From contig JAOULX010000011.1 of NCBI GenBank assembly GCA_029881795.1, positions 41,083 through 105,082 of the forward strand: DNA of 64,000 bases. The letters run 5' to 3'. Below are positions 50,471 through 61,100 of the stretch, piece after piece (positions within the stretch are counted from its first letter, which is position 1; every line of letters starts with the position of its first letter). The notes below the pieces were generated by a model. It was not told the origin of the DNA. It saw nothing but the letters and a program-made list of their open reading frames with translations, and did not search any database. Both the position numbers and the translations under genes were made by a program. This stretch comes from Gammaproteobacteria bacterium. GTDB lineage: Bacteria; Pseudomonadota; Gammaproteobacteria; SZUA-229.

Positions 50471-51282
50471 GGTTGGCGGCTGCGCGGGTAAAATCGGTCG
50501 GGAAAGCGCTGACCCTTGCCAGGGCAATGGCTATGCTGCAGGCTTGAAAAGGTGTAATCCAGTGCCTGTTGAATCGCCACGTGGGTACTTTTTCCCTGTG
50601 CAATAAGTGCCGCTATGCTGCTGGCCAGGGTGCAGCCTGAGCCATGATAATGGCCCGCCAGACGTTTGTTATGAAAAGCGACTGTCGTTTTCCCGGGTTG
50701 GTAGAGCTGATGAGTAATGTCGGCTGAAGCAGAATGGGTACCGGTTATCAGTACCTGTTTAGAGCCGGCGCTTAGCAACTTTTGTGCTGCCAGTTCGAGA
50801 TTGTCAGCGCTCTCATGGGTCAGCTTTAAGGCTTCCGGAATATTCGGAGTTATCAGCTGGCAATAGGGCAGTAGCAAACTGTTAATGGCAGTTACTAAGT
50901 TGGCATCGGATAAATCATCACCGCCATCAGATGCCAGTACCGGATCCAGTATCAGCGGTATGTCGGGGTGTTGCGCGATGATGTGATGAATTGCTTGAAC
51001 TACCGCAACGCTGGCGCACATGCCAATTTTTATTGCTGCAACCGGTATATCATTCAGCAGTGTTTCGGCCTGTGCCTGTAATTTAGCGGCGTCGACAGCT
51101 TCAAAAGCGTAAACATGAGCGCTGTCCTGACGAGTTAAGGCAGTGATAAGGCTGACTGCGTGAGCGCCATGCGCTGCAATCGCTTCAATATCGGCCTGAA
51201 TGCCCGCACCACCGCTGGGATCGTGTCCGGAAAAACAAAGCACCACGGGTTTCGCTGTTTGTGTGTGTTTGAGACTGCTCAT
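50467..51282 (-). CDS. thiD: Hydroxymethylpyrimidine/phosphomethylpyrimidine kinase
   Basis: 271 aa; ribokinase-like fold motifs (GSGCTLASSIAA). Confidence 0.85.
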   Translation of the reverse strand: MSSLKHTQTAKPVVLCFSGHDPSGGAGIQADIEAIAAHGAHAVSLITALTRQDSAHVYAFEAVDAAKLQAQAETLLNDIPVAAIKIGMCASVAVVQAIHHIIAQHPDIPLILDPVLASDGGDDLSDANLVTAINSLLLPYCQLITPNIPEALKLTHESADNLELAAQKLLSAGSKQVLITGTHSASADITHQLYQPGKTTVAFHNKRLAGHYHGSGCTLASSIAALIAQGKSTHVAIQQALDYTFSSLQHSHCPGKGQRFPDRFYPRSRQP

Positions 51283-51405
51283 TTATCAAATGTGAAAATT
51301 ATAGTAAGACTGATTTAAGCGCTGGGGTTTATCATTATAAATGGGTAGAATACGCCAATTCTTAATTCAATAACTCTTTTATTTACGATTATTATAGGCT
51401 GATTT

Positions 51406-51576
51406 ATGGAATACAAAACTTATATGTGTGTGATCTGTGGTTACATCTACGACGAAGAGCAAGGTGATCCAGAACACGGCATCGCGGCCGGTACAAAATG
51501 GCAAGACGTTCCAATGAACTGGACTTGCCCTGAATGCGATGCGAAAAAAGATGACTTCGAAATGGTGGAAATTTAG
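51406..51576 (+). CDS. Rubredoxin
   Basis: 56 aa MEYKTYMCVICGYIYDEE...WTCPECDAKKDDF with two CxxC pairs. Missed by the ORF track (under 60 aa). The antisense ORF 51404-51667 is spurious. Confidence 0.85.
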   Translation: MEYKTYMCVICGYIYDEEQGDPEHGIAAGTKWQDVPMNWTCPECDAKKDDFEMVEI

Positions 51577-51629
51577 ACCACCACTTTAAAGTTAACTGAC
51601 TCAGCGGATGAGTCAGTAATGTTATCCTG

Positions 51630-52199
51630 CTAATACCGCTTTGGAAAAGTCCCCGCCTGTTTTGCAATAAACGCAGTCTTCGCAGACAGTTCTAGAGAGC
51701 ATGTCCATTTATACGCCAGATTAAGATTTTCTGCGGCAACATACACACCATGACCGCAAACCACGGCAGCTTTATGCGTTTTAAGGGCTGCTGCAACCTG
51801 AACCGCAGACTCGGCAAAAATATCATCGTAGTCGAGACTGATCACCGGCACCGTACCAAAATAAAGCTGACCTTCAAAATCAAACGGGGTAAAGTCTTCT
51901 CCGTTCATTGTCATAGCAACCGTGTGCGCGCCATGGCTGTGTAAAATTGCTTGCAGCTGCGGGTTATTGTTATAGCTGGCAAGATGCAGCGGTGCATCAA
52001 ACGAAGCACCATCGGTGGCTGGCTTATTAATATCGCAAGCAATTAAATCGTCTGCTGTTAAGGTGTCTGCACAGGCGCCGGTGGGTGTGATCCAGATGCT
52101 GTCACCGTCTCTGACCGATGCGTTGCCGCTGTGAGAATCATTCAGAGCGTATTGTCTGAGCCATTTATAATATTGAACCAGTTGTTGTTTTTGAGTCAT
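51630..52199 (-). CDS. Class II aldolase/adducin-domain protein
   Basis: 189 aa; HSHGAHTVAM and CGHGVYV metal-binding His motifs. Confidence 0.6.
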   Translation of the reverse strand: MTQKQQLVQYYKWLRQYALNDSHSGNASVRDGDSIWITPTGACADTLTADDLIACDINKPATDGASFDAPLHLASYNNNPQLQAILHSHGAHTVAMTMNGEDFTPFDFEGQLYFGTVPVISLDYDDIFAESAVQVAAALKTHKAAVVCGHGVYVAAENLNLAYKWTCSLELSAKTAFIAKQAGTFPKRY

Positions 52200-52262
52200 T
52201 TTCTGTATTTATTGAATGTGAAAAAAAACTATAGTAGTTGATATTAACAGGAGATAACAGTT

Positions 52263-53555
52263 GTGAATCTTAACCGCCGGGTCTGGTCTTTGTCTGCGCC
52301 GATGATGCTGTCAAATATTTCATTGCCACTGCTAGGTCTGGTAGACACAGCAGTAATGGGGCATATGGAAACGGCGGTTTATCTGGCAGCGGTCTCGGTT
52401 GGTGCGATGATTTTGCATTTTATTTTCTGGGGCTTTGGTTTTTTGCGGATGTCCACGGTTGGTCTGGCAGCACAGGCTTATGGGGCAGATGATGGGCTTG
52501 AATTACGCTATTTGATTCTACGAGCGGCTGTGTTTGCGCTGTTGATTGCGGCACTGCTAATTGTTAGCCGGAGTGCGCTGATAGATCTGGCTTTATATTT
52601 TGTCCAGCCGGGCGCTGCTGTATCGCAATTAAGCAGACAATATTTTGATATACGAATCTGGGCAGCACCGGCTACCTTGCTAAGTTATGTTCTGCTTGGC
52701 TGGTTATTAGGTGTGCAGCGAGCTCGCGCAGTTTTAGCGGTGATGTTGTTTGTCAATATACTCAATATTATTCTTGATTTGGTGTTTGTGCTGGGCCTGG
52801 GCTGGCATGTAGAAGGCGTGGCATGGGCTTCATTACTGGCTGAATTCAGCGGCTTATTGCTGGCCTTGTGGTTAGTCAGAAAATCACTGATCTGTTTTCC
52901 GGCGGCGCTGCAATGGCAGGACGTATTTCAGTGGCAGGCTTTTATTGGGCTGGCCCGGATGAATCTGAATATTTATATCAGAACCATCAGTTTGTTGTTT
53001 GTATTTGCGTTTTTTACTACTCAAAGTGCCAGAGCCGGTGATGTGGTGGTTGCAGCTAATGCGATATTGCTGCAGTTTTTAACCTTTATGGCGTATTTGC
53101 TGGATGCGTATGCACATGCTGCTGAAGCGATGGTAGGTGAAGCCATCGGTGAAAAAAATGCAGAGCGACTTAAAGCGGTAGTAATGGTCTGTTTAAAATG
53201 GTCATTCTGGTCGGCACTATTATTTGCTGTGCTGTACCTGGTTGCCGGGCAACAGATTATTGCATTGTTATCGGATATAAAAGAGGTCAGAGATTACAGT
53301 TCATCGTATCGCTTGTGGCTGGCCGCGTTACCGCTGATTGCGGTGTGGAGTTATCTGTTTGATGGGGTTTTTGTCGGTGCCACTTGGTCCAGAGAAATGC
53401 GGGATGTGATGTTGATCGCTGTGTTTCTGGTGTTTTTGCCGGCATGGGTACTAACACAGGGTTTAGAAAATCACGGCTTGTGGTTATCAATGAGCTTGTT
53501 TTTAGCAGCACGAGGCGCGTTGATGGCATGGTATTACAGAAAAAAAACAGCATGA
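52263..53555 (+). CDS. MATE-family efflux transporter
   Basis: 430 aa, 12 TM, MATE N-terminal motif LSAPMMLSNISLPLLGLVDTAVMGH. Confidence 0.8.
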   Translation: MNLNRRVWSLSAPMMLSNISLPLLGLVDTAVMGHMETAVYLAAVSVGAMILHFIFWGFGFLRMSTVGLAAQAYGADDGLELRYLILRAAVFALLIAALLIVSRSALIDLALYFVQPGAAVSQLSRQYFDIRIWAAPATLLSYVLLGWLLGVQRARAVLAVMLFVNILNIILDLVFVLGLGWHVEGVAWASLLAEFSGLLLALWLVRKSLICFPAALQWQDVFQWQAFIGLARMNLNIYIRTISLLFVFAFFTTQSARAGDVVVAANAILLQFLTFMAYLLDAYAHAAEAMVGEAIGEKNAERLKAVVMVCLKWSFWSALLFAVLYLVAGQQIIALLSDIKEVRDYSSSYRLWLAALPLIAVWSYLFDGVFVGATWSREMRDVMLIAVFLVFLPAWVLTQGLENHGLWLSMSLFLAARGALMAWYYRKKTA

Positions 53556-53636
53556 TAAAATAAATGTGGATCTGGCTAAAATAAAAATGAATTTCAGTTA
53601 CACTATAAGCTGAGTGCTTAATCCGTCAGGGGAAGA

Positions 53637-53828
53637 ATGATGAACGAAAATGTAGGCTCCATGGATCAATATATCCGTTATCTGATAGGTGTTGTTATTT
53701 TAATCGCCGGTGTGGCGTATCAAAGCATCTGGGGGCTGATTGGTATTGTACCGATCATAACCGCACTGCTTTCGTGGTGTCCGCCTTATGCCTTACTTGG
53801 CATTAAGACCAATAAATCAGCAGACTAA
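53637..53828 (+). CDS. DUF2892-family small membrane protein
   Basis: 63 aa; RYLIGVVILIAGV...LLSWCP motif. Confidence 0.5.
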   Translation: MMNENVGSMDQYIRYLIGVVILIAGVAYQSIWGLIGIVPIITALLSWCPPYALLGIKTNKSAD

Positions 53829-53865
53829 TACGGATATGGCCTTTATTTAAAATAAAGGCTTTTTT

Positions 53866-55842
53866 ATGTTCAGATTTTTAAATTATATTCATTTGCATCA
53901 TGTGCTTTTTGTGGCGCTTACATTAATTTCTATCGTACCGGTGATGATTTTATCCGGCTGGGTGCAAAGCTCGATGATAGAAAATGAAGAATTCTCGATT
54001 GAAGAAAAGCATCTTTTACTGGCACAGAATATCACCACATCATTAGAACAATATGCCAAAGATATTCGTGCAACCATAGACGTTGTTGATCAGCATGTAG
54101 AACAAAAAAGGCCGGTTAAATTACTGGCAAGTTTATTCTCATCCTTGCATATAGATTTTGTCTGGATAATGGATCGTCAGGGCCGGGATGTAACCCCGGC
54201 TTATCTAAAAACAGCATTACAAACTTCCCGCATCCCTGCAAATATCGGATCGACTCTGTCTACGCATATGGCCAGGGCATTGCTAAATCATAACAAGACA
54301 ATTTTCAGTACGGTTGAAGCGGATAGCAATAATGACCCGGTTATTTATGCGCTGAAATCAACCGCGAATAACCAGTTTCTGGTTGCAGCAATTAACACCG
54401 GTATTTTCATTAACGTTCAGAAAGCGGTCTCCTTTGGCAAGCGTGGTCATGCTGCAATAGTTGATGCGACAGGCAGAACAATCGCTCACCCGTCAGAAAC
54501 ATGGAGAGCAAGCAGAAAAAACATAACGGTATTGCCGCCGGTTAAATTTATGACTGAAGGTAAAACCGGAGTGACTCGATTTTATTCGCCGGTAATGGCG
54601 GCGGATATGGTCGCCGGTTATGCTGTGGTGCACGATGTTGGCTGGGGCGTGATGATACCGCAGCCCTATGATGAGTTACTGGCGCGTGCTAATAGCGGCC
54701 GTTTTATTTCTATGCTGATATCACTGTTTGGTATTATCACCGCGGCGATTATCAGCTGGTGGCTGGCGCGTCTTATGTGCAGTCCGCTGGTTGCGGTGGC
54801 CTCATCTGCTCGTCATGCAGCCAGTGGTAACCTGATAAGCCGGATTAAAAGCAGCTTTAAGTATGCGCCGGTTGAATTGCGTGAGCTGACCGACTCCTTT
54901 AATCACATGGTAGATGAAATTAATCAAAAAAATGCTGCCATGAGCATAACCACCGAACGTCTGGAAACGGCCCAGCGTATTGCTCATCTTGGCAACTGGG
55001 AGTGGGATTTTGTTAATAATGTGTTCTGGTGTTCCGACGAGATATACCGTATTTATGGTTTTAGTGCACAATCATTTGAAGCCAGTTTTGAGCAATTGTT
55101 TGGGATGACGCATCCTGATGAACAGAGCTATTTGAAAAACCTGTTTGATAATGCCCGGCTCAGAGAACAGTCATTTAATGCAGATTTTAAAATTGTTCTG
55201 GAGGATGGCACGATCAGGTATGTGCATCTGGAAGTGCAGTTTCATCCGGCGAAAGAATTGAAAGGGATGTATTTGTCAGCTGTTGTTCATGAAATTACAG
55301 AGCAAAAAAAATATGAAGAAAAATTACTGCGTCAGGCTAATTATGATGAGCTGACCGGGCTCGGGAATCGGATGCTTTATTTCGAATATTTATCAACTGC
55401 TATCAGCCTGTCGAAGAGAAGCCGGAAAAATCTTGCTGTTTTATTTATTGATCTGGATGAGTTTAAAACAGTTAACGATAGCTTTGGTCATCTGCTGGGT
55501 GATGAGTTGTTAAAAATCGTTGCGACACGTCTGGTCGCTACCATTCGTGATGCGGATGCGATAGCGCGCATTGGTGGTGATGAATTTGCGATTGTCTTAC
55601 ATGAAATAAATCGGCCGGAAGATGCGGCCCAGGTTGCCGAAAAGATTCTGCTCAGTTTGGCTGCTGATTTTGAATTTGAACATAAACATAAACATAAAGA
55701 AGTATCGATAGGCGCCAGTATCGGTATCAGTGTCTGTCCGCATGATGCGGATACTGTAATGGCTTTGCACAGTAATGCCGAGGCGGCTATGCGTCTGGCA
55801 AAAGCAAAAGGCAAAAATAATTTTCAGTTTTTCAACAGTTAA
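53866..55842 (+). CDS. Membrane sensor diguanylate cyclase (periplasmic Cache-like domain, PAS, GGDEF)
   Basis: 658 aa; two TM flank a periplasmic domain; RIGGDEF active site; contains (CATAAA)x3 microsatellite at 55681-55698. Confidence 0.75.
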   Translation: MFRFLNYIHLHHVLFVALTLISIVPVMILSGWVQSSMIENEEFSIEEKHLLLAQNITTSLEQYAKDIRATIDVVDQHVEQKRPVKLLASLFSSLHIDFVWIMDRQGRDVTPAYLKTALQTSRIPANIGSTLSTHMARALLNHNKTIFSTVEADSNNDPVIYALKSTANNQFLVAAINTGIFINVQKAVSFGKRGHAAIVDATGRTIAHPSETWRASRKNITVLPPVKFMTEGKTGVTRFYSPVMAADMVAGYAVVHDVGWGVMIPQPYDELLARANSGRFISMLISLFGIITAAIISWWLARLMCSPLVAVASSARHAASGNLISRIKSSFKYAPVELRELTDSFNHMVDEINQKNAAMSITTERLETAQRIAHLGNWEWDFVNNVFWCSDEIYRIYGFSAQSFEASFEQLFGMTHPDEQSYLKNLFDNARLREQSFNADFKIVLEDGTIRYVHLEVQFHPAKELKGMYLSAVVHEITEQKKYEEKLLRQANYDELTGLGNRMLYFEYLSTAISLSKRSRKNLAVLFIDLDEFKTVNDSFGHLLGDELLKIVATRLVATIRDADAIARIGGDEFAIVLHEINRPEDAAQVAEKILLSLAADFEFEHKHKHKEVSIGASIGISVCPHDADTVMALHSNAEAAMRLAKAKGKNNFQFFNS

Positions 55843-55960
55843 ACGACCGCTGTTTTAGCCGAGTATGATCAGTAAATGCATGTCCTCTGTCATGTATTAT
55901 GCTTTAACATGCATAACACTATGTTGGTCCTGATAACTAATAGATAGTAAGCACAGGGAC

Positions 55961-56305
55961 TCAGTTATAGCGCATACGGGTTCCGTGATTCAGTGATAAC
56001 GTAATTTCATCCGCGCTTAATGCATCCGGAAATAGTACCCCGGATATCTGAGCGTCATGGATGCTGGCGCCTTGTAACTGACTGTTTGAAAAATCAATGC
56101 CGCGTAAGTCACAGCCGCGAAAATAACAGCCGCTGAGGTTGAGTCCGTCAGCATTAATCCCGGATAAGACCAGATTTCTGAAATCAGCACCGGATAAATC
56201 GCAGGCCTCGCCGGCTTCTTTGCGCTGATTGAATTGCTTGATATTTTCATCTCGAAGCAAGCGATACATTTCATTGTCTTTAAATTCAGGTGCAGTCTGT
56301 GCCAT
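55961..56305 (-). CDS. Pentapeptide-repeat protein
   Basis: 114 aa; tandem A(D/N)LxG-type pentapeptides (LSGADFRNLVLSGINADGLNLSGCYFRGCDLRG). Confidence 0.7.
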   Translation of the reverse strand: MAQTAPEFKDNEMYRLLRDENIKQFNQRKEAGEACDLSGADFRNLVLSGINADGLNLSGCYFRGCDLRGIDFSNSQLQGASIHDAQISGVLFPDALSADEITLSLNHGTRMRYN

Positions 56306-56352
56306 AGTGTGGTCTCCTTTTTCAATCTTAAGAATAGTTGAAATAAATCAGC

Positions 56353-57330
56353 ATGCAAGTGATGAATGACGGATTAAAACAGGCTGTTATGCTGGATCTG
56401 AAAGCAACCGATCGCGGTGATTTATCGCTCGATTCACTGTATATGCCCGGACTGGCCTGGCAGCTACTGGATAATGCCGGGGCAATCCAGCTGCCTGCTC
56501 TGATCAAAGATAAAGAGATTGTGGTGACCAACAAAGTGCTGCTGGACAGAGCCTTGCTGGAGCAGGCGGACCAACTCAAACTGATCTGCATTTGCGCTAC
56601 CGGCACTAATAATGTGGATCTGGATGCTGCCAGAGAACGCGGGATTGATGTTTGTAATGTTACTTCCTATGCCAGCGCTTCGGTAGTGCAGTATGTGTTT
56701 GCGGTATTGTTAAACCTGATGAGCCGGCTGACAGAACATCAGCAGGCAGTGCAAGCCGGTGCCTGGTCCAGTAGTAAGCAGTTTTGTCTGCTGGATTATC
56801 CTTTTAAAGAACTCGAAGGCAAGGTACTTGGTATTGTTGGTTATGGAGAACTGGGTCAGGCTGTTGCTAGTGTAGCCAAAGCCTTTGGTATGAAGGTGAT
56901 GATTGCGGCCAGAAACAGTGATGATAAACGTCCGGGTCGCTGGCCGTTGGCTGCTTTGTTACCACAGCTTGATGTGTTAAGCCTGCATTGTCCGTTAACT
57001 AACGAGACGCGGCATCTTATTGCAAAAAAAGAACTGCAGGCCTTGCCAAAAGGTGCCATTGTTATTAACAGCGCGCGTGGTGGCATCGTTGATGAAGAGG
57101 CCTTGCTAAAGGCGATTGAAGATAAGCATTTAGCAGGCGCAGCGACGGATGTACTGAGCACAGAGCCACCTGAGAAAAATCATCGGTTATTGCAAAAACA
57201 CTACCCTAATCTGATTATTACGCCGCATATTGCCTGGGCCAGTACCGAGTCGCGACAGCGTTTGATCGATCAGGTGGCGTTAAATATTGCGTCGTATTTA
57301 GCCGGTCGGCCAAGAAATATTGTTAATTAA
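56353..57330 (+). CDS. D-isomer-specific 2-hydroxyacid dehydrogenase (glycerate dehydrogenase-like)
   Basis: 325 aa; NAD-binding GIVGYGELG, catalytic His region. Confidence 0.75.
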   Translation: MQVMNDGLKQAVMLDLKATDRGDLSLDSLYMPGLAWQLLDNAGAIQLPALIKDKEIVVTNKVLLDRALLEQADQLKLICICATGTNNVDLDAARERGIDVCNVTSYASASVVQYVFAVLLNLMSRLTEHQQAVQAGAWSSSKQFCLLDYPFKELEGKVLGIVGYGELGQAVASVAKAFGMKVMIAARNSDDKRPGRWPLAALLPQLDVLSLHCPLTNETRHLIAKKELQALPKGAIVINSARGGIVDEEALLKAIEDKHLAGAATDVLSTEPPEKNHRLLQKHYPNLIITPHIAWASTESRQRLIDQVALNIASYLAGRPRNIVN

Positions 57331-57345
57331 CCGTGAAAAAAACCG

Positions 57346-57771
57346 TTATTCCCCTTGAACAGTGATAACAAGCGTGCGGCTGCCGCCATGATTACGGTGC
57401 TCACACAGATAAATACCCTGCCAGATGCCAAGGTTTAAAGCGCCGTTAGTGATCGGAATGTTCAGATCCGGTCCCAGAATACTGGCTTTCAGATGGGCTG
57501 GCATATCATCACTGCCTTCATCGATATGACGATAATACGGCTCGTTTTCCGCTACGGCACGGTTGAAGTAAGCTTCAAAATCTGTGCGCACACTGGGGTC
57601 AGCATTTTCATTAATCGTCAGAGATGCCGACGTGTGTTTCAGCAGAAGATTGAGCAGCCCTACCTTTAAAGTCTGAATCTCTGTTATTTGATGCAGTATC
57701 TCACGGCTGATTAAATGAAAGCCTCGCGGATAGGCCGGAAGTCTGATTTCTTTTTGGATCCACATAAACAC
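57346..57771 (-). CDS. yjbQ: YjbQ/UPF0047-family protein (secondary thiamine-phosphate synthase)
   Basis: 141 aa; C-terminal GxxxHRNHGGSRTLVITVQGE. Confidence 0.7.
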   Translation of the reverse strand: MFMWIQKEIRLPAYPRGFHLISREILHQITEIQTLKVGLLNLLLKHTSASLTINENADPSVRTDFEAYFNRAVAENEPYYRHIDEGSDDMPAHLKASILGPDLNIPITNGALNLGIWQGIYLCEHRNHGGSRTLVITVQGE

Positions 57772-57944
57772 AGTCCTAACTGATAGCGATAATGAATGTA
57801 TGCGGCATTATGGCAGAAAATAAAGCACGATAAATCATCGACTGCTGCAGAACAAAGCCATGCTACAGAGTCCTTATCGGCGATGTGTATAGTTTTGATG
57901 GACTTGATATAATCATTCAGAGGCTGGCTTAGAACGGTATATGT

Positions 57945-57953
57945 GGGGGGGGG
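57945..57953. repeat. G9 homopolymer in the yjbQ / hybrid-kinase divergent intergenic region
   Basis: ATGTGGGGGGGGGATC; about 195 bp upstream of the 58149 start. Confidence 0.9.
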
Positions 57954-58148
57954 ATCTGTCTCACTTGGATACAGCAAAACCCGCACTGTAAATCCGTAAA
58001 GACTAGTAGCTGCTAATAGCGGGGCGGATACAAACAGGATGTTTTGATAGATAACTGCTAAACTTTCAGTGTTTAATTACTTGGTCGGCAATCTTCCCGA
58101 ATGTTACAGAAAAATCCAAAAGAACAGTCCCGATGAGAACGGTAACGG

Positions 58149-61100
58149 ATGTCTAAATCTAATGAATCTGAAATTGTTGATCAGCTATGGGCTTTGCAGC
58201 AGGTCTTTTGTCAGCAGCTGCCACGCAAAATTGATGAAATGCACTATCTATGGTCAGATATTTCAGCTGCGCCGGCAAACAATATTACAAAATCACATGA
58301 TTTACACCGGCTGATACATAGTCTGGCTGGTTCTGGTGGTACCTTTGGGGCAATGGGTGTCAGCGCTGCAGCGCGTGCTTTAGAACAACAATTAAAAGCG
58401 TCCATCGAGAGTTCTCAATTTAACAATTCGCGGTTAGAGACGCTGATGCTTGAGCTTGAGCAAGCGGTCAGTGCATGGCAGCCCTCGAGAGTTCCCTTCA
58501 TTAAACAAAACCCTGCGCAAAAACACAGTAGCGGTAATCTCATTTATCTGGCTGAAGATGATGAATTATTGGCTGCAGATTTGCAGCTAAAACTTGAGCG
58601 CGCCGGCTATCGGGTGCGCCACTTTATAGCATTAGACAGCTTTGCGGCTGCTTACCATGAGCAAATGCCGGATGCGATCATTATGGACATCGTATTTGAA
58701 GAGAGCGAGCTGACCGGCGCTGAAATTATTTCAGGCTTGCTGGACAAAACCGGTTTTACACCCCCGGTGGTGTTTATTTCAGTGCATGAGGATATTAGCG
58801 CAAGGCTGATAGCGGCACAGGCCGGTGCACGGCGTTATTTCACCAAACCGCTTGATGTCAGCAAACTGATTGCAACGCTGGATGGTCTGACCTCGCGACG
58901 GCAAACTGAAGCCTATAAAGTGCTGATTATTGATGATGATGAAACGCTGCTTAAATATTATCAAACCATATTGCTTGATGCTGGGATGGAGGTTAAAGCC
59001 TGTTCGCAGCCACTACTGGCTTTAGATTTATTAAACGAATTTAAGCCGGACATTACCGTGCTCGATGTTTACATGAGTGGTTGTAGCGGGCCTGAGTTAG
59101 CACAGGTTATTCGGCAGGATGATGACTGGGCACTGATGCCCATCATGTTTTTATCAACCGAGTCGGACCTTGATATTCAACTGGCGGCGTTAAATCTGGG
59201 GGGCGATGATTTTCTGGTAAAGCCGGTCACAGCCTCGCATCTCGTGTCAGCAATAGTTGCCAGAGCCAAGCGTGCACGCTGGAGCCGGCGGATGAATACG
59301 GATCTGCAGGAAGCCTTAAGGGAAAGCAAGTATCAACTGGTGACCATGGATCAGCATGATATTGTCAGCACCACCGATATCAACGGCCAGATAACCAGTG
59401 TGAATCAGCGATTTTGTGATATCAGTGGTTATAGCCGTGAAGAACTGCTGGGTCAGAATCATAATTTGCTGAAATCGGGGCGCCATTCTAAAGCATTTTA
59501 TCAGGATCTATGGGCCACTATCTCGCAGGGTGAGATCTGGCACGGCACCCTCTGTAACCGTAGTAAAGAGGGTAACGAGTATTGGGTCGAATCGACCATC
59601 GTGCCTTTTCTTGACGATAAGGGAATGCCTTACAAATATGTATCCGCACGTACGGATATAACGGTTTTAAGAAATAGCGAAGAACGTCTCAGTCGCAGCC
59701 AGGAGTTTGCCAAAATGGGTACCTGGGACTGGGATATACAGACGAATGAATTATATTGGTCGGATCTGATCTGGCCTTTGTTTGGTTATGAGAAAGCCAG
59801 TACCGCAACAACCTATGATAATTTTCTGGCAGCGCTGCACCCTGACGACAGGCAGCGAGTTGCCGATGCCGTTACAGACTGTATCGAAAATCGTGTGGAT
59901 TACAATATCGAACACCGTGTTATCTGGAGTGATGGCAGTGAACACTGGTTGCAGGAAAGTGGTGATGTGGTGCGCAGTGATGATGGCAAACCGCTGCATA
60001 TGCTGGGTGTGGTGCAGGATATTACCGAGCGTAAAAAAACCGAACATGAACTGATGATGGCGCGTCAATCTGCAGAAGAGGCTAATCGTGCCAAGTCACA
60101 ATTTTTATCCAGCATGAGTCATGAGTTACGAACCCCGTTAAATGCCATCATTGGTTTTAGTCAGCTGATGAAACTGGATAGCGCTAATCCGTTAACAGCG
60201 ATTCAAGAAGATAATGTGCATGAGATTGTCACCGCAGGTGAGCATTTGCTACAGCTGATTAATGAGGTGCTGGATCTGTCTAAGATTGAAACCGGCCACA
60301 TTGAACTGACGTTGGAAACTGTTGTGCTGGCAGATATCATTGCAGAATCGATGCAGCTGATTTCACCATTAGCTGAAAAGCGTCAGATTGATATTTGTTT
60401 GAGTCGTGATGGCGTGGACATCAGTTTTGATCAATTATTACAGCAAAATAGCACGGCGCGGGCCGATCGCACTCGCCTTAAACAGGTGCTGCTAAACCTG
60501 TTGAGTAATGCCGTAAAATATAATCAAGAAAAAGGCAAGGTGACGATAGCCTGCCAGCATATGAGCAATCAAATGACCCGGATCAGTATCACGGATACGG
60601 GCGTGGGACTGACTACTGAGCAGCAGCAAAAACTGTTTACGCCGTTTGAACGAATAGGCGCAGAGCACTCTGCTATAGAAGGTACCGGGATCGGTCTGGT
60701 GATCACAAAAAATATTATTGAAATTATGGGCGGTAATATAGGGGTATATAGTCAGCAGGGAAGTGGCAGTACATTCTGGTTTGAGCTGCCATCAGCGCCA
60801 GAGTTTTCGCAACAACAGAAAGCGACAGCAGATTCATCTGCAGCCCCTGCATTTTCGGACAAAACCAAAAAACACGATTATACCGTGCTATATATAGAGG
60901 ATAATCCGGCTAATTTAAGACTGGTGAGTCAGTCGTTAGGCTATAGCAAAAAAATATATATGTGGAGCGCACATGAGCCGCTATTAGGTCTTGAACTGGC
61001 GCTGGAGCATAAGCCCAACCTGATTCTATTGGATATAAATTTACCGGGTATGGACGGTTTTGAGGTGCTTAAACGACTGCGTCAGAATCAGCTGACTGCT

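Noticed and set aside
51404-51667. 87-aa minus-strand ORF between thiD and the aldolase gene.
   Set aside because: It is completely overlapped by a canonical rubredoxin on the plus strand, and has no homology or RBS.
55681-55698. (CATAAA)x3 microsatellite inside the GGDEF sensor gene as a phase-variation site.
   Set aside because: The hexamer unit keeps the reading frame (encoding HKHKHK). Only three units are present, which is too short for frequent slippage, so it is likely a neutral low-complexity linker.
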